From an uncultured cyanobacterium (lineage in GTDB: Bacteria; Cyanobacteriota; Cyanobacteriia; Cyanobacteriales; Cyanobacteriaceae): 64,000 nucleotides of DNA. This document shows positions 41,437-53,280 of this stretch, one piece after another (position 1 is the stretch's first letter; each line of letters opens with the position of its first letter). The stretch is taken from contig CAVQBA010000006.1 in the NCBI GenBank assembly GCA_963710605.1, positions 576,001-640,000 of the forward strand, in the 5' to 3' direction. The position numbers and the translations under genes are program-made. Below the pieces are notes generated by a model. It saw only the letters and a program-made list of their open reading frames with translations, was not told where the DNA came from and searched no databases.

Positions 41437-44007
41437 ATGAATAGAAATATAAATACTAATCCAATTAAGATTATGGCTAATCAAAGCAATACTAAAAACC
41501 AAGCTTTTTCTCAAACCAAATTTGCTCTTTATGATTATACAGGAAAAGTCAAAAATTACTATTTAGTTGACCAAAAACCACTTACTAATCCTGCTCCAAA
41601 TAAAAATCAAAAACAGATTGCTCATAGTATTATTGTTATCGATCGATCTGGCTCTATGTATTACGATCTTAAAATGCTCAAAGAATATTTATTAAAACTA
41701 CTTACTCTTGATGAATATCTTAACTCTGATTTAGTTATTACGCTTATTTCTTACTCTAGTTTAGGTAATGTTAAATGTCATTTCCAAAGAATTCCTATTA
41801 GTCAAATAATGGCACACAACTCACCTTATCAAGAAGAAATTAAAAATATTCAAGTTAGCGGTTGTACTTGTATCTCTCAATCTTTAGAGATTGCTAAAAG
41901 TTTAGTCACCGAATTTAGTGACCAAGAAAATCAGGCTGATGAGTTAACAGCTATTACATTACATACTGATGGTTTTGCTAATGATCCTAATTACATTTCA
42001 GAATGTCATAAAATAGATAAAATTGTTAAAGAATTAAATAAGTATAATGTCATTATCAATAGTATTTCTTATTCTAAAAATGGTGATTATAAACTTTTAT
42101 CTAAAATAGCTAATTCTGCTTCAGGTAAATGTATTCAAGCAGATAATGTTAAACAAATTTATGATTCTTTATATCAAACTAATAAATTACTCAATAGTCT
42201 TGTTCTTCCTCCTTTTAATGAGGAGTTAGAAACTGAGTATGATTATCAAGTTTTAGTATCGCAAACAGCCAGAAAAATTATCGGCTCAAATCAAACTTTA
42301 AACATCAGAGGTTTGAAACCGACAGACAAATCGATCGTTTATAAGTATCGTCAAATTAGTAAGCAAGAATATCAACAATTATCAAAAATTCCCGTCAAAC
42401 AAACCGACGAATCTGTCTTTGCTTTTATTAAAGCTAATTTAGCTCAAGGAAATCTTAATTTAGCCAAATACGCCCTTGTCAGTACCTTCGATGACACTTT
42501 AATCCAAAATCATCAAAAAGCTTTAACTAACAGTCAAATAATGGAGTTTACACAGGATATCGAAAAAACCATATTCAATCCCGATTTACTTAAAAATCAC
42601 CGTATTTTAGATAAAATAAAAGTTAGTAAAAAGATTAATATTTTAGAATTATTAAATATCTTAGAAGAGCATAAAAATTATCTAATTATTAACTTTAAAC
42701 ATCTACGTAAAAACTATCAACGAACAGGATTGAAAAAAGTAGAAGGAAAAAGAGACGATGAGCAAAACTTAATTCAACCTTGGTTAAAAACTGTGGAAAT
42801 CGATCGAGGTGATTATGTACCGATGGGTAAATTCAAAATTAATCATAACACTGCCACAATTAATATGCTAATTAATCGCCAAGTAAAATTAGTTAGTAGA
42901 GATAACAATAAACAGGTATCAGAAGTTGCAGGTGTTTTACTTAATGGATTAACTCGTTATAACAACTACACTTTAATCAGTGATGGCGAAGTTAATTTAC
43001 ATAGTTTGAGAATCAAAATTAGTAATCAAAAAACTTTTGAATTATTAAAAGCGAAAAAGGTATTAACTAGAGAGAATAAAATACCTCAAGAGTTTGATTT
43101 TACTTGTGAATATGATTTAAAACTAAGTGATTTACCCTTAATTAGTCAACAAAAAAATTATGGTAATCTAGACCAAACTTTTGATAAATTACTTAAGTTA
43201 CAAGTATTAAATAGTATCATCGGTGCGCATATCAAGCAAGAATCTGAGCTTTATTCTACCAAGCAATTACAAGAATTGAGAAAACATTATCTCTCTAAAG
43301 ATTTATACCTCAATTTCCCGACAACTAATGAATATCAAAACTTAGAAGAAGCGTTGAATAAAGGTACGGTAGATACCCGAGTTCGTTATAAAATTGAGTT
43401 GGGTAATACTGAGATTTTGAATTTAAGTAAATTACATTCAGCGAATAAATTTCTCGATCGTTTATATGAAGGTTATGATGTCGAAAATAAAGAATATCTG
43501 GAAAAACCAACTTTCGATTTAACTTTAGATAAACCAATTACTTTTAGTCATAAAACTCTTTCTAAACGAATTCAAATCACAGCAGTTGATGAATTGATGA
43601 AAACTATTTTTGATGATTTTTTAGGACTTACTGATAATCAAAGTGTTAGCAATATTTTACGATCGATCGATGCCTATAGTTTAATTCATTTATTAGAAGC
43701 TCGTAAAGCAGGAAAAACGATTAATAAAGAAGAATTTGTGGTGACATTAACTCAAACAAAAGAATTAATTAATAACCACATCAAACAGATTTATCACCAA
43801 GAAATTTCGCCCTTAGTTTTCTATATCGGCACAACAGGATTAATTCCCGATGAATTAGATTCTCAAGGTTTTACAGCCGAAGAAATTAGTCAGAAATTTC
43901 CGCAACTAAAAATATCTAAATCAGAAAAAGAAGGTACGTTTTTCTTAATTGGGAATACGATAATTACTATCTATCCGCAAATGGTTTATTACACAACCCA
44001 AAGTTAA
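41437..44007 (+). CDS. vWA (MIDAS) domain protein with long uncharacterised C-terminal region
   Basis: IIVIDRSGSM, GCTCIS, LHTDGFAND. Confidence 0.8.
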   Translation: MNRNINTNPIKIMANQSNTKNQAFSQTKFALYDYTGKVKNYYLVDQKPLTNPAPNKNQKQIAHSIIVIDRSGSMYYDLKMLKEYLLKLLTLDEYLNSDLVITLISYSSLGNVKCHFQRIPISQIMAHNSPYQEEIKNIQVSGCTCISQSLEIAKSLVTEFSDQENQADELTAITLHTDGFANDPNYISECHKIDKIVKELNKYNVIINSISYSKNGDYKLLSKIANSASGKCIQADNVKQIYDSLYQTNKLLNSLVLPPFNEELETEYDYQVLVSQTARKIIGSNQTLNIRGLKPTDKSIVYKYRQISKQEYQQLSKIPVKQTDESVFAFIKANLAQGNLNLAKYALVSTFDDTLIQNHQKALTNSQIMEFTQDIEKTIFNPDLLKNHRILDKIKVSKKINILELLNILEEHKNYLIINFKHLRKNYQRTGLKKVEGKRDDEQNLIQPWLKTVEIDRGDYVPMGKFKINHNTATINMLINRQVKLVSRDNNKQVSEVAGVLLNGLTRYNNYTLISDGEVNLHSLRIKISNQKTFELLKAKKVLTRENKIPQEFDFTCEYDLKLSDLPLISQQKNYGNLDQTFDKLLKLQVLNSIIGAHIKQESELYSTKQLQELRKHYLSKDLYLNFPTTNEYQNLEEALNKGTVDTRVRYKIELGNTEILNLSKLHSANKFLDRLYEGYDVENKEYLEKPTFDLTLDKPITFSHKTLSKRIQITAVDELMKTIFDDFLGLTDNQSVSNILRSIDAYSLIHLLEARKAGKTINKEEFVVTLTQTKELINNHIKQIYHQEISPLVFYIGTTGLIPDELDSQGFTAEEISQKFPQLKISKSEKEGTFFLIGNTIITIYPQMVYYTTQS

Positions 44008-44111
44008 ATTTATTTAACGCCATTATCAATAGCCTCGTAATTTATTGCGAGGCGGTTTAACGTCATATCATGAATCAATAGACTGAATTTTTTGATTACT
44101 ATTACTCATCT

Positions 44112-44423
44112 GCAAATTAATCCAATTTTGTCCATTGGTGACATTCACCCGCAAATTAATTAAATTTTGTTCATTGATGACATTCACCCGCAAATTAATC
44201 CAATTTTGTCCATTAATGACATTCACCCGCAAATTAATCCAATTTTGTTCATTAATGACATTCAGCCGCAAATTAATCCAATTTTGTTCATTAATGACAT
44301 TCAGCCGCAAATTAATTAAATTTTGTCCGTTGGTGACATTTACCCGCAAATTAATTAAATTTTGTCCATTGATGACATTCACCCGCAAATTAATCCAATT
44401 TTGTTCATTAATGACATTCAGCC
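44112..44423. repeat. Tandem array of 8 x 39-bp units
   Basis: Consensus gcaaattaat(cc/ta)aattttgt(c/t)catt(gg/ga/aa)tgacattca(c/g)cc; units start at 44112 and every 39 bp. Confidence 0.95.
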
Positions 44424-44729
44424 GCCGTGAAATGAATTACACGGCTAACACAATAATCGTTCAATGAATTGAACTTTAAATTTGCTTTTGTGTTTACTTG
44501 AGTAAATTAGTTAAATTATCTTTAAAATTATTAAATTCTTTTCTTAAAGGTTTAACTTTACGAAAGGCTAAATTCAAAGACGATCGAATATCCTTTTTTA
44601 TCAATACTTGTGTACCTTATCTTAATTATTTAGGTAAAATTATTTATATATTTTATAGCAAAAAACGAGTAACTTCGGATAATATCGATCCCCCTCAATC
44701 ACCTTTAATGAAGGGGAAAAGTTGAAATA

Positions 44730-45911
44730 TTATTTAATAGTTTCAAAATACTGATAAGCACTATACGCCATAGTCACGACACCAGTAACGATCGAAGATT
44801 CGTCTAATTCAAAACGAGGATGATGAAGAGGATAGTTATGTTTGTTATTGCTACCTACACCCAAACGAAACATCGTACCGGGTGCATGATCTAAATATAC
44901 CGCAAAATCTTCTGCACCCAAAGATGGTTCAAGTAAAGAAACAACTTTCTCTTCTCCTAACGCCTCTTGAGCTGATTTTTCGATAATTCGAGTCAATTCA
45001 AAATCATTTTGCACACTTGGTAAACGATGATTATATTTAATCTCACAAGTTGCCCCATAAGTATGACAAATACCTTCGACAATTTGTGTAATCCATTTAG
45101 GTAAGTTTTCTCGACATTCACGATTAAGAGAGCGTACACTACCGACCATTTTAACTCGATCGGCAATAATATTTGCCGCTGTACCGCCACTAATTTGACC
45201 AATAGTTAAAACTAAAGGATGTAATGGGTTTTGCATCCGACTAATACCTTGTTGTAAAGCTGTTACTACTTGTGCCGCAATCCAAATTGCATCAATAGCT
45301 TGGTGAGGGCGAGCGCCATGCCCTGCTTCTCCTTGAACAACAATCTCAAGCTCATCCATAGCCGAGGTTAAAGCACCATAACGAATCCCCACACTACGAG
45401 CAGGAATACTAGGAAATACATGAATACCAAACACCGCAGACACATTTTTCATCGCTCCACCATCAACCATCCATGCCGCACCTTTAGCTATTTCTTCGGC
45501 TGGCTGAAATAAAAAACGCACATTACCAGCGATCGAGTTTTTTAACTGCGATAAAACCATCGCTGTACCTAATCCTACGGTTGTATGAACATCATGACCA
45601 CAAGCGTGCATAACTCCGGGTACACGAGAAGCAAATTCTAATTGCGTGGCTTCATGAATCGGTAGTGCATCCATATCTGTTCGGATGGCTAAATTCGTAT
45701 TTGTTATACCATTTCCTTTTAACTCGCCAATCACTCCAGTAGGGCCAATTCCTTCTTCTACTGCCAAACCACATGAAGACAAGACACCTGCTACATAAGC
45801 CGCTGTTTGATGCTCTTCGCCACTTAATTCTGGATGGGCGTGGAAGTGACGACGAATTTCAATTAATCTAGGGGCTAATTCGGTGGCTAGTTCTTTAATT
45901 TGTTCGAGCAT
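44730..45911 (-). CDS. M20 amidohydrolase
   Basis: HAHPELS, RTDMDALPI, MHACGHD, FQPAEE, GAEDF, LHHPRF. Confidence 0.93.
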   Translation of the reverse strand: MLEQIKELATELAPRLIEIRRHFHAHPELSGEEHQTAAYVAGVLSSCGLAVEEGIGPTGVIGELKGNGITNTNLAIRTDMDALPIHEATQLEFASRVPGVMHACGHDVHTTVGLGTAMVLSQLKNSIAGNVRFLFQPAEEIAKGAAWMVDGGAMKNVSAVFGIHVFPSIPARSVGIRYGALTSAMDELEIVVQGEAGHGARPHQAIDAIWIAAQVVTALQQGISRMQNPLHPLVLTIGQISGGTAANIIADRVKMVGSVRSLNRECRENLPKWITQIVEGICHTYGATCEIKYNHRLPSVQNDFELTRIIEKSAQEALGEEKVVSLLEPSLGAEDFAVYLDHAPGTMFRLGVGSNNKHNYPLHHPRFELDESSIVTGVVTMAYSAYQYFETIK

Positions 45912-46438
45912 TATAATATTTTCTGATTTTTTTGAATGAATGATTAATCAATAATTAATGATTGCTATATCTAAAAACGATCGGACTTTTATGATAATTT
46001 GTTTTTTAACTTAGTGGTTACATTTTTTACGATTAGTTAAGCCCACATTTAGCTAAAAAGAAGCACTATTCAATTAATAATGTAAATAGTTGACAGTAAA
46101 CAGAAAATACAGAACAGTTGATTTTTTATCTCATAACACTGATTAATCTCATAACACCTAATCCCTAATCCCTAATTTATTATTTGTTGACTGTTTAATT
46201 GTTCTTTTTCCCTTTATATTGATAATTTATTGCAATAAGCACGTATACTAATCACCATAGAGAAAAATTAATGTTTACAATAATAAGGAATAGATCATTA
46301 AGATCTGTCACGAAAATTTAATTTAAGAGTAGGATGTGTTGTCTTTTAAGATCATTTTGTTCATTTTGTTCATAAATTGGTAATCATATATTGTTAAACT
46401 TAATAAAGAAAAAATAATTATAAATATATATTAAGATT

Positions 46439-47605
46439 ATGGGTCGTACAGGAGTTTTATTATTAAATTTAGGGGGACCAGAGAAAATAGAGGATGTACG
46501 TCCTTTTTTGTATAACCTCTTTTCTGATCCCGAAATTATTCGTCTTCCTTTTCCTTGGTTACAGAAGCCATTGGCTTGGTTTATTTCGACGATGAGAAGT
46601 AAAAAATCGGAAGATAATTACTCAGAAATTGGCGGTGGTTCACCTTTATTACAGATTACCGAAGCACAAGCACAAGCTTTACAAGACACGCTTTCAGCCG
46701 ATGAAACTGAAATTAAAGTATATGTAGGTATGCGTTATTGGCATCCTTTTACTGAAGAAGCGATCGAAGAAATTAAAAAAGATAACATTGACAAATTAGT
46801 TATTTTACCTTTATATCCGCAATTTTCGATTAGTACTAGTGGTTCTAGTTTTCGGGTAATCGAAGAAATGTGGCGAAAAGATTCACAACTCAAAAATATT
46901 GAATATACGATTATTCCTTCTTGGTATGATCATCCTCAATATCTCAAAGCGATGGCTAATTTGATTAAACAAGAATTAGAACAATTCGAGCATCCTGAAA
47001 AAGTACAAATCTTTTTTAGCGCTCACGGAGTACCTAAAACTTATGTTACTGATTCAGGAGATCCTTATCAAGAGGAAATAGAATCTTGTACTGAAGCGAT
47101 TATGAAAACTTTGGCTACAGATAATCCTTATGTTTTGGCTTATCAAAGTAAAGTAGGTCCTGTAGAATGGTTAAAACCTTATACTGAAGATGCTTTAGTT
47201 GAGTTAGGAAATAATAATGTCAAAGACTTGTTAGTAGTACCTATTAGCTTTGTTTCTGAGCATATTGAAACTCTACAAGAAATTGATTTAGAGTACAGAG
47301 AATTAGCTGAAGAATCTGGGATTACTAACTTTAAACGTGTTCCAGCTTTGAATACTGATCCAACTTTTATTGAGGCTTTATCTGATTTGACTACCTCAGC
47401 TTTAGAAAAAGAGCCTTTACGTTTTGATGAGGTGATTCATCCCAATAAAAACATGAAAATGTATCCTCCTGAAAAATGGGAATGGGGTTTAACTACTGCG
47501 GCTGAAGTTTGGAATGGACGTTTAGCGATGGTTGGTTTCTTTGGTTTATTGGCTGAATTAGTCAGCGGACATGGCAGACCTTTACATTTGGTTGGTTTAC
47601 TTTAA
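46439..47605 (+). CDS. hemH: Ferrochelatase with C-terminal CAB domain
   Basis: [53 protein letters not shown]. Confidence 0.97.
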   Translation: MGRTGVLLLNLGGPEKIEDVRPFLYNLFSDPEIIRLPFPWLQKPLAWFISTMRSKKSEDNYSEIGGGSPLLQITEAQAQALQDTLSADETEIKVYVGMRYWHPFTEEAIEEIKKDNIDKLVILPLYPQFSISTSGSSFRVIEEMWRKDSQLKNIEYTIIPSWYDHPQYLKAMANLIKQELEQFEHPEKVQIFFSAHGVPKTYVTDSGDPYQEEIESCTEAIMKTLATDNPYVLAYQSKVGPVEWLKPYTEDALVELGNNNVKDLLVVPISFVSEHIETLQEIDLEYRELAEESGITNFKRVPALNTDPTFIEALSDLTTSALEKEPLRFDEVIHPNKNMKMYPPEKWEWGLTTAAEVWNGRLAMVGFFGLLAELVSGHGRPLHLVGLL

Positions 47606-47614
47606 TATATATAA

Positions 47615-47691
47615 TATAGTCGTTTTAATTTAGACTGTGACATTAATATTCTCAAGAAAAAATTGTCTCATTTTTATTTGAAATAACTATA
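47615..47691 (+). repeat. Short member of repeat family B
   Basis: tatagt...tttagactgtgacatt...ttgtctcatttttatttgaaataactata. Confidence 0.5.
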
Positions 47692-47773
47692 TCTGCGAAT
47701 AATGAACGATCGGTGATTGCTCATTATTCTTTTTTTTAGCTCATTTTGATCGTAACGATCGCTTTTGACTACC

Positions 47774-48112
47774 TCAATCTTTTTCAACTTTTTCATAAAC
47801 TAAATTTTGAACAGGTGAGAAATCAACTTTCCAAATATCTAGTTCAAAAAATTCGCCTTGGGTGTCTAGATCAAGATAAATCATTACAGGAATTTGATCT
47901 TGATCTGAAAATTCTTTTTCAACCGCAGTTTCACCCCAAATACGTTCTTGTTTATTGTCTTTAAGAAAACGAATACTTCCCATTCCACCATCATTCATAT
48001 CTTCAACTGATAAACCGTTTTTAATCTCGAGCATAAATTTGGCTAAAAGATTTTGATTTGACTTTAATAGTGTTTGGATTAATTTTATTTCTGAAGTTTT
48101 CAGTTTTCTCAT
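47774..48112 (-). CDS. Hypothetical protein (DUF6984-like)
   Basis: MNDGGMGSIRF...FFELDIWKVDFSP. Confidence 0.6.
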   Translation of the reverse strand: MRKLKTSEIKLIQTLLKSNQNLLAKFMLEIKNGLSVEDMNDGGMGSIRFLKDNKQERIWGETAVEKEFSDQDQIPVMIYLDLDTQGEFFELDIWKVDFSPVQNLVYEKVEKD

Positions 48113-48194
48113 TTATTTAAAACTATTTGGGGTGAAATGTTTTGGCTAACTAAACTAACCAAAACAGTTGATTAGATAAATCAAATCGTTTGAA

Positions 48195-51100
48195 CTAAGC
48201 AAACCCTCTAAAATCTAGTTGGAATACTGCATCATTAAAATCATTATCAGATACGCCTAAATTACTAGGTAAATCTTCAAAACCAAAGATATTGTTACCT
48301 CGTGATTGTAAATGATTTGCTCCATCAGGATTAGCACCAATAAAGCTGAAATAGGCTACTTGATCTTCAAAGAATTCAGCGGCTTCGTTACCAGGATTTG
48401 CTCCTAAGAAATCTTCTACTGTATTATTACCTAAATTAGCGATAATAAAAGGTGCGTAGAATTTACCTCCAGACACGAGAACAGGCGAGAAATTTTCATT
48501 GGTGGTATTATCACTCATGTCGCCTCCTGTACGAATGGCAAAATTATCAACACGTCTAGAAATAGCTGATGAAGCATAACCTGGATCAGTAGGAAGTAAA
48601 TCAGCCCTACCATCACCATTAAGATCAATTCCACCACTACTATCGGTTACTTCATATAAACCAACAAAATTGTCAAATGAAGCATCAGATTCGGTGGCAG
48701 GATTATTGTTAAGATTGACATTAACCTGATTAGTGCCGGTAATATCGTAAACTAAGAAATCGGTTAAACCTGTCTCATCAGCATTAAATGATATAGTGGT
48801 GGTATTAATTACGCTATTGGAAACAGTTGCTAATCCTTGATAATTATTCGCATTTCCTGAACCAATTGCTCCAAGACTAGATGCCATTCCTGTGAGTAGA
48901 TCGATCGAATATAAGGTGGAATTAGATATCGCAAAAGCCGAATTAGAACCTTCACCAGAGGAAATAATATCGAAACCTCCCAATAGATCAAAATCGATTC
49001 CTAATTCTCCGATCGTCATCAATGTACCGTCATTAGGTGGATTTTGTAAAACTAAGATATCAAGTTCAGCATCGATGTCATATAGTTCAGTTGAAGTAGG
49101 GTTAGCGATCGCATTAGTATAAGCGGCGGCGGTAACGGTTGGGTCAGCACCAGAGTTAATATCTCCTTGGGCGTACGCCAGATCGCCATCAACGGTAACT
49201 TCACCTGTATCAACATTAATACGGAAGTCTTGCTCATTATCACCAACTAAACGTAAACGATCGGCGACAGGATTAAAGTCAAAACCAGATACTGTGGTAG
49301 CATTAAACGACTCATTTAGAGTACTGATTAAAGTTGCCATCCCAGTATTAGGATCAATAGTGTAAATTTTATCGGCATCTGTAATTCCGTAAACCAAACC
49401 ATTAGCAGGGCGAGTATCAATCCCTATCAATATTTCTGAATCACCTAAATTTTGAATATTAATTTGGCGAACGGCTTGAGGATTACGAGGATCAAAAGAA
49501 TCTAGAGTATTGTTACTAGAAAGAGCTAGAAAACGAGAATTTGTGGCAATGGAGTTAACCAAACTTGAACGATCGACAGTGGCTAATCCTTGTATATTAA
49601 AGTTATCTGTATCTGAACCAATTGAACCGATGTTTGTTGCTCTTCCCGTGTTTAAATCAACGCTATAAAGAATCGAGTTAGCAACAGCAAAAGCGGCATT
49701 TTGCTCTTCATCGTCAGAGGAAATAATGTCAAAACCTGCGAGGGTATCTACATCAATACCAAGAGAGCCGATCGTCATTAATGTGCCATCATTAGGTGGG
49801 TTTTGTAAAACTAAAACATCAAGATCAGCATCAATATCGTAGAGTTGAGTCGAAGTCGGGTTAGCGATCGCATTTGTATAAGCCGCCGCTGTAACTGTGG
49901 GATCAACTCCTTCATTTACATCTCCTACAGCAAAAGCCAAATCTCCATCGACAGTTACTTCACCTGTCTCCACATTAATACGGAAATCTTGGTTATTACC
50001 ACCAACTAGACGTAAACGATCGGCAACGGGGTTAAAGTCAAAACCTGAAATCGAAGCATCTGTAAACGGGATGTTCAGTGTACTAACTTTTCTGGCGATT
50101 CCTGTATTCGCATTGATGGTATAAATAGTATTATTCGTGGTGATACCGTAAATTAAACCATTAGATGGACGAGTATCAATACCAAGAAGCGAACCATCAA
50201 GACCGACAATATCCATAGTGGTGGATTGAGCTGAGTTACTCGCAGAGAAAGAAACAAGTTGATTACCGTTACTTAATCCGATAAATTGAGAATTTACAGC
50301 TACAGGAGGGACAGTTGGAGGACTATCGAGAGCGGCTAATCCTTGTAACGTAAAATCATCTGTATCTGAACCGATTTGACCTAAACTTGTTGCTGTACCT
50401 GTACTCAAATCAATATTGTATAAAGTAGAGTTAGCCACAGCAAAGGCTGTATTGATTTGTTGATCTTCAGAGGAGACAATATCAAAACCGGCGAGGGTAT
50501 CTACATCAATACCTAAAGCACCGATCGTCATTAATGTACCATCATTAGGAGGATTTTGTAACACTAAAATATCAAGATCAGCATCGATGTCATATAGTTC
50601 AGTCGAAGTAGGGTTAGCGATCGCATTAGTATAAGCGGCGGCAGTAACATTAGGATTAGCACCAAAGTTAATATCTCCTTGGGCGTACGCTAAATCTCCA
50701 TCAACCGTCACTTCACCTGTATCTACATTGATACGGAAATCTTGATCATTACCACCAACTAGACGTAAACGATCGGCGACAGGATTAAAGTCAAAACCAG
50801 AGATATTTGTAGCTAAAAAGGGTGTATTAAGTGTACTCACAAAAGTTGCTACATCATCAGAGGTTGTCAAATTACGAATAATTGGACCATTTGCTCCTGC
50901 TACCCCATTATGAATATGAATTGGACTTTGAGGATTACCTTCACTATCAGTGTCACCGACAAATAAAAGCGGGCTAGTCAGCTCACTAAAACCACCTGTA
51001 ACTGTTAAATTGTTATTGCTGGTATCATAAACTAGATTAAAAGAGCCATTAGCAGGTGTATCTGGTGGTGTAGTTTCACCTACTTCTTGGGATTCTTCGA

Positions 51101-51882
51101 TCGCTAAGCCATAAACAACGACATCGTTTTCTACTTCAACATTAACTTGCCCTCGTAATTCTCCGCCGTTAAAATTTTGTGTATGTAAATTAACGTAAAG
51201 TGCATCATCTAAAAGTAAAGTTTCTTCTTCATCTGTCAGAACAAAATCACCGGCAAAACTACTAGAGTCTTCAAAAACGGTTAAGTTACGAACAATCGGA
51301 CCATTTGCTCCTGCTACCCCATTATGAATATGAATTGGACTTTGAGGATTACCTTCCGCATCTAAGTCTGGACCTACGGAAAAAAGCGAACTGGTTAGTT
51401 GGCTATAGCTTCCATTAATAATTAAGCGATTAGTTGTATCGTCATAAACTACATCAAAAGAAGCTGTTGCGGCAGTATCTGGAGGAATAACATCTCCTAC
51501 TTGTTGAGATTCTTCCATGACAAGGTCAGAAACTACTAAATCGTTTTCAACCTCAACATTAACTTGCCCTCGTAATTCTCCACCATTAAAATTTTGTGTA
51601 TGTAAATTGACGTAAAGTGCATTACTAAGTAATTCAGATTCTTCATCATCTGTGAGGGTAAAATTACCATTAAAATCACCTGAACTAAATCCATCTAGAT
51701 CGAGGGTGTAAATTTCGTTGTTGGTGGTGATACTATAAACCAAATCATTAGCAGGACGAGTATCAATACCTAATAACGTACCGTTAATACCTGTAACAGG
51801 AATTGAATTGATTCTGAGTTGAATCACTTGAATCAAATGAAATAAGACGATTGTCATCTGTAAGTGCAATAAAAAGTGTCAT
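48195..51882 (-). CDS. Large acidic protein: 3 x DUF4394-like repeats, CHRD insertion, C-terminal DUF4114-like domain; apparent +1 frameshift at ~51812
   Basis: Repeats GIDTRP...GFDFNPVADRLRLV...TAAAYTN...LQNPPNDGTL; CHRD motifs HIHNG..GANGP and LYVNLHTQNFNGGELRGQ; GFEDL..SDNDFND. ATG at 51882 gives MTLFIALTDDNRLISFD, matching the other repeat starts. Confidence 0.8.
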
Positions 51883-52942
51883 ATGTAGTTATTTTTATGT
51901 TTTATTTGATGATTATTGTTTCTAATGATCAGCGAAAGTATCGATACTTAAGTAGCACAATAGTACATAATATCGTTTAGTTTAGATTAAGGTTTGGTTA
52001 ATATTTAACTTCTGTCTAATTTACAACTAATCATCTAACTTTGCTTTATCAAGACCAAAGATGTGTGAAACAATTGAGTTTAGAAAAAAATTTAATTAAG
52101 ATTATTGAAATTTTTAAGTTTCATCTAAATTTTATCTCTCATAATTATATCACCAACATTAAATTTTTTTTAAATAATCAAGATGTTCTTTTTCATTTAT
52201 TAAAGAGAAAATAAATATCAAATCATCAATAAAAAACCTTGAGTTGAACGATAATAGCAATTATTAATTGTCTAAACATTTTTGATAAATAGTCTTTACA
52301 CTGGCGATAAAAATTAAAGGTCAAATCATTATAAGCTAGTTATAACAATCAACTATGACCGTATAAACATAATTAATACCAATTGTATAAAGTATTAATC
52401 TTGAAACATGATCGAAACTAAGATAAATATATTTTTTCTAAATAAAATTATTAAATATAATTAAAAAGGTAAGAATAAAAGTACTATAAATAAAAATTTA
52501 GTTAGTATATAATATTTTACATATTTAAATTTTTCTAAGAATATAGACTAATTATAATTTTTTTTAGTTTACATAATGTAAGTTTGATTTTGAATGATGA
52601 TAATTTTAAAACTATTTTCATTACTTACTTAATCTATAAAATTTAATATTTTTTTTGCTGAATAAAAGTAAGCTAAATATTTGTTTTAACGATCGTGTTA
52701 TGAATCAATTTTGATAATGTAGTCATAAAATAAACATTCTTTTAAACAAATTCTTTTTGATCTTAAAAACTTTAATTGAAAACTAGTAGATTTTTTTATA
52801 CTCTCTCTGTTTTCAGTTGTTCTGGTACGTTAATGACATAGACTATAAAGATAAAATAGCAAATATATTATATTTTGTTTTGATTTCGGTTTCTTTTTGT
52901 CGGTGTTGATTTTAGGCAATTAACTAAGTATTTTCACTAATT

Positions 52943-53049
52943 TATAGCAATTGTTAGTATTATGAAGCACATATCGATCCCCACGGGCCCCCTTATTAAG
53001 GGGGACTTACTATTTTTTGTTGTACCTCGTAAATATGGGAAAAGCTATA
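52943..53049 (+). mobile_element. MITE-like element family A (minimal, 107 bp)
   Basis: TATAGC...cccccttattaaggggg...GCTATA. Confidence 0.7.
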
Positions 53050-53280
53050 TACTTAATTAGATATTTTATTTGTTTCATTACTTATTCGTTAGTCGATCAA
53101 CATCTAAATGAGACAATCTGAATCAGATTTTCAGAGGCACTATTTCAACTTTTTGGTAATTTGTCTCGACATCACAGTAAAATTTCTATACAGCACGAAA
53201 AAAAAGAAAATATTCCATTAATAGCTTGTAATCAACTTAGTTTTTCTTGCTCTACTGTATTTTTTATTAAAAAATTAACT

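Noticed and set aside
44112-44423. CRISPR array
   Set aside because: Units are contiguous with no unique spacers, and no cas genes are in the window
41437-44423. Diversity-generating retroelement target/template pair
   Set aside because: No reverse transcriptase, no TR/VR pair, and repeat variation is not adenine-specific
44068-44467. Two overlapping 13-aa-repeat ORFs as real genes
   Set aside because: They follow from a 39-bp stop-free repeat on both strands; no independent coding evidence
44498-44725. 75-aa ORF
   Set aside because: AT-rich, TTG start, ends inside a partial MITE; no motif
46017-46036. RpaB HLR1 site between the amidohydrolase gene and hemH
   Set aside because: Half-site spacing is off by one and the second half is degenerate
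53161-53280. N-terminal extension of the HcyBio ORF
   Set aside because: Family-like sequence begins at ATG 53281; the upstream TTG extension looks non-coding
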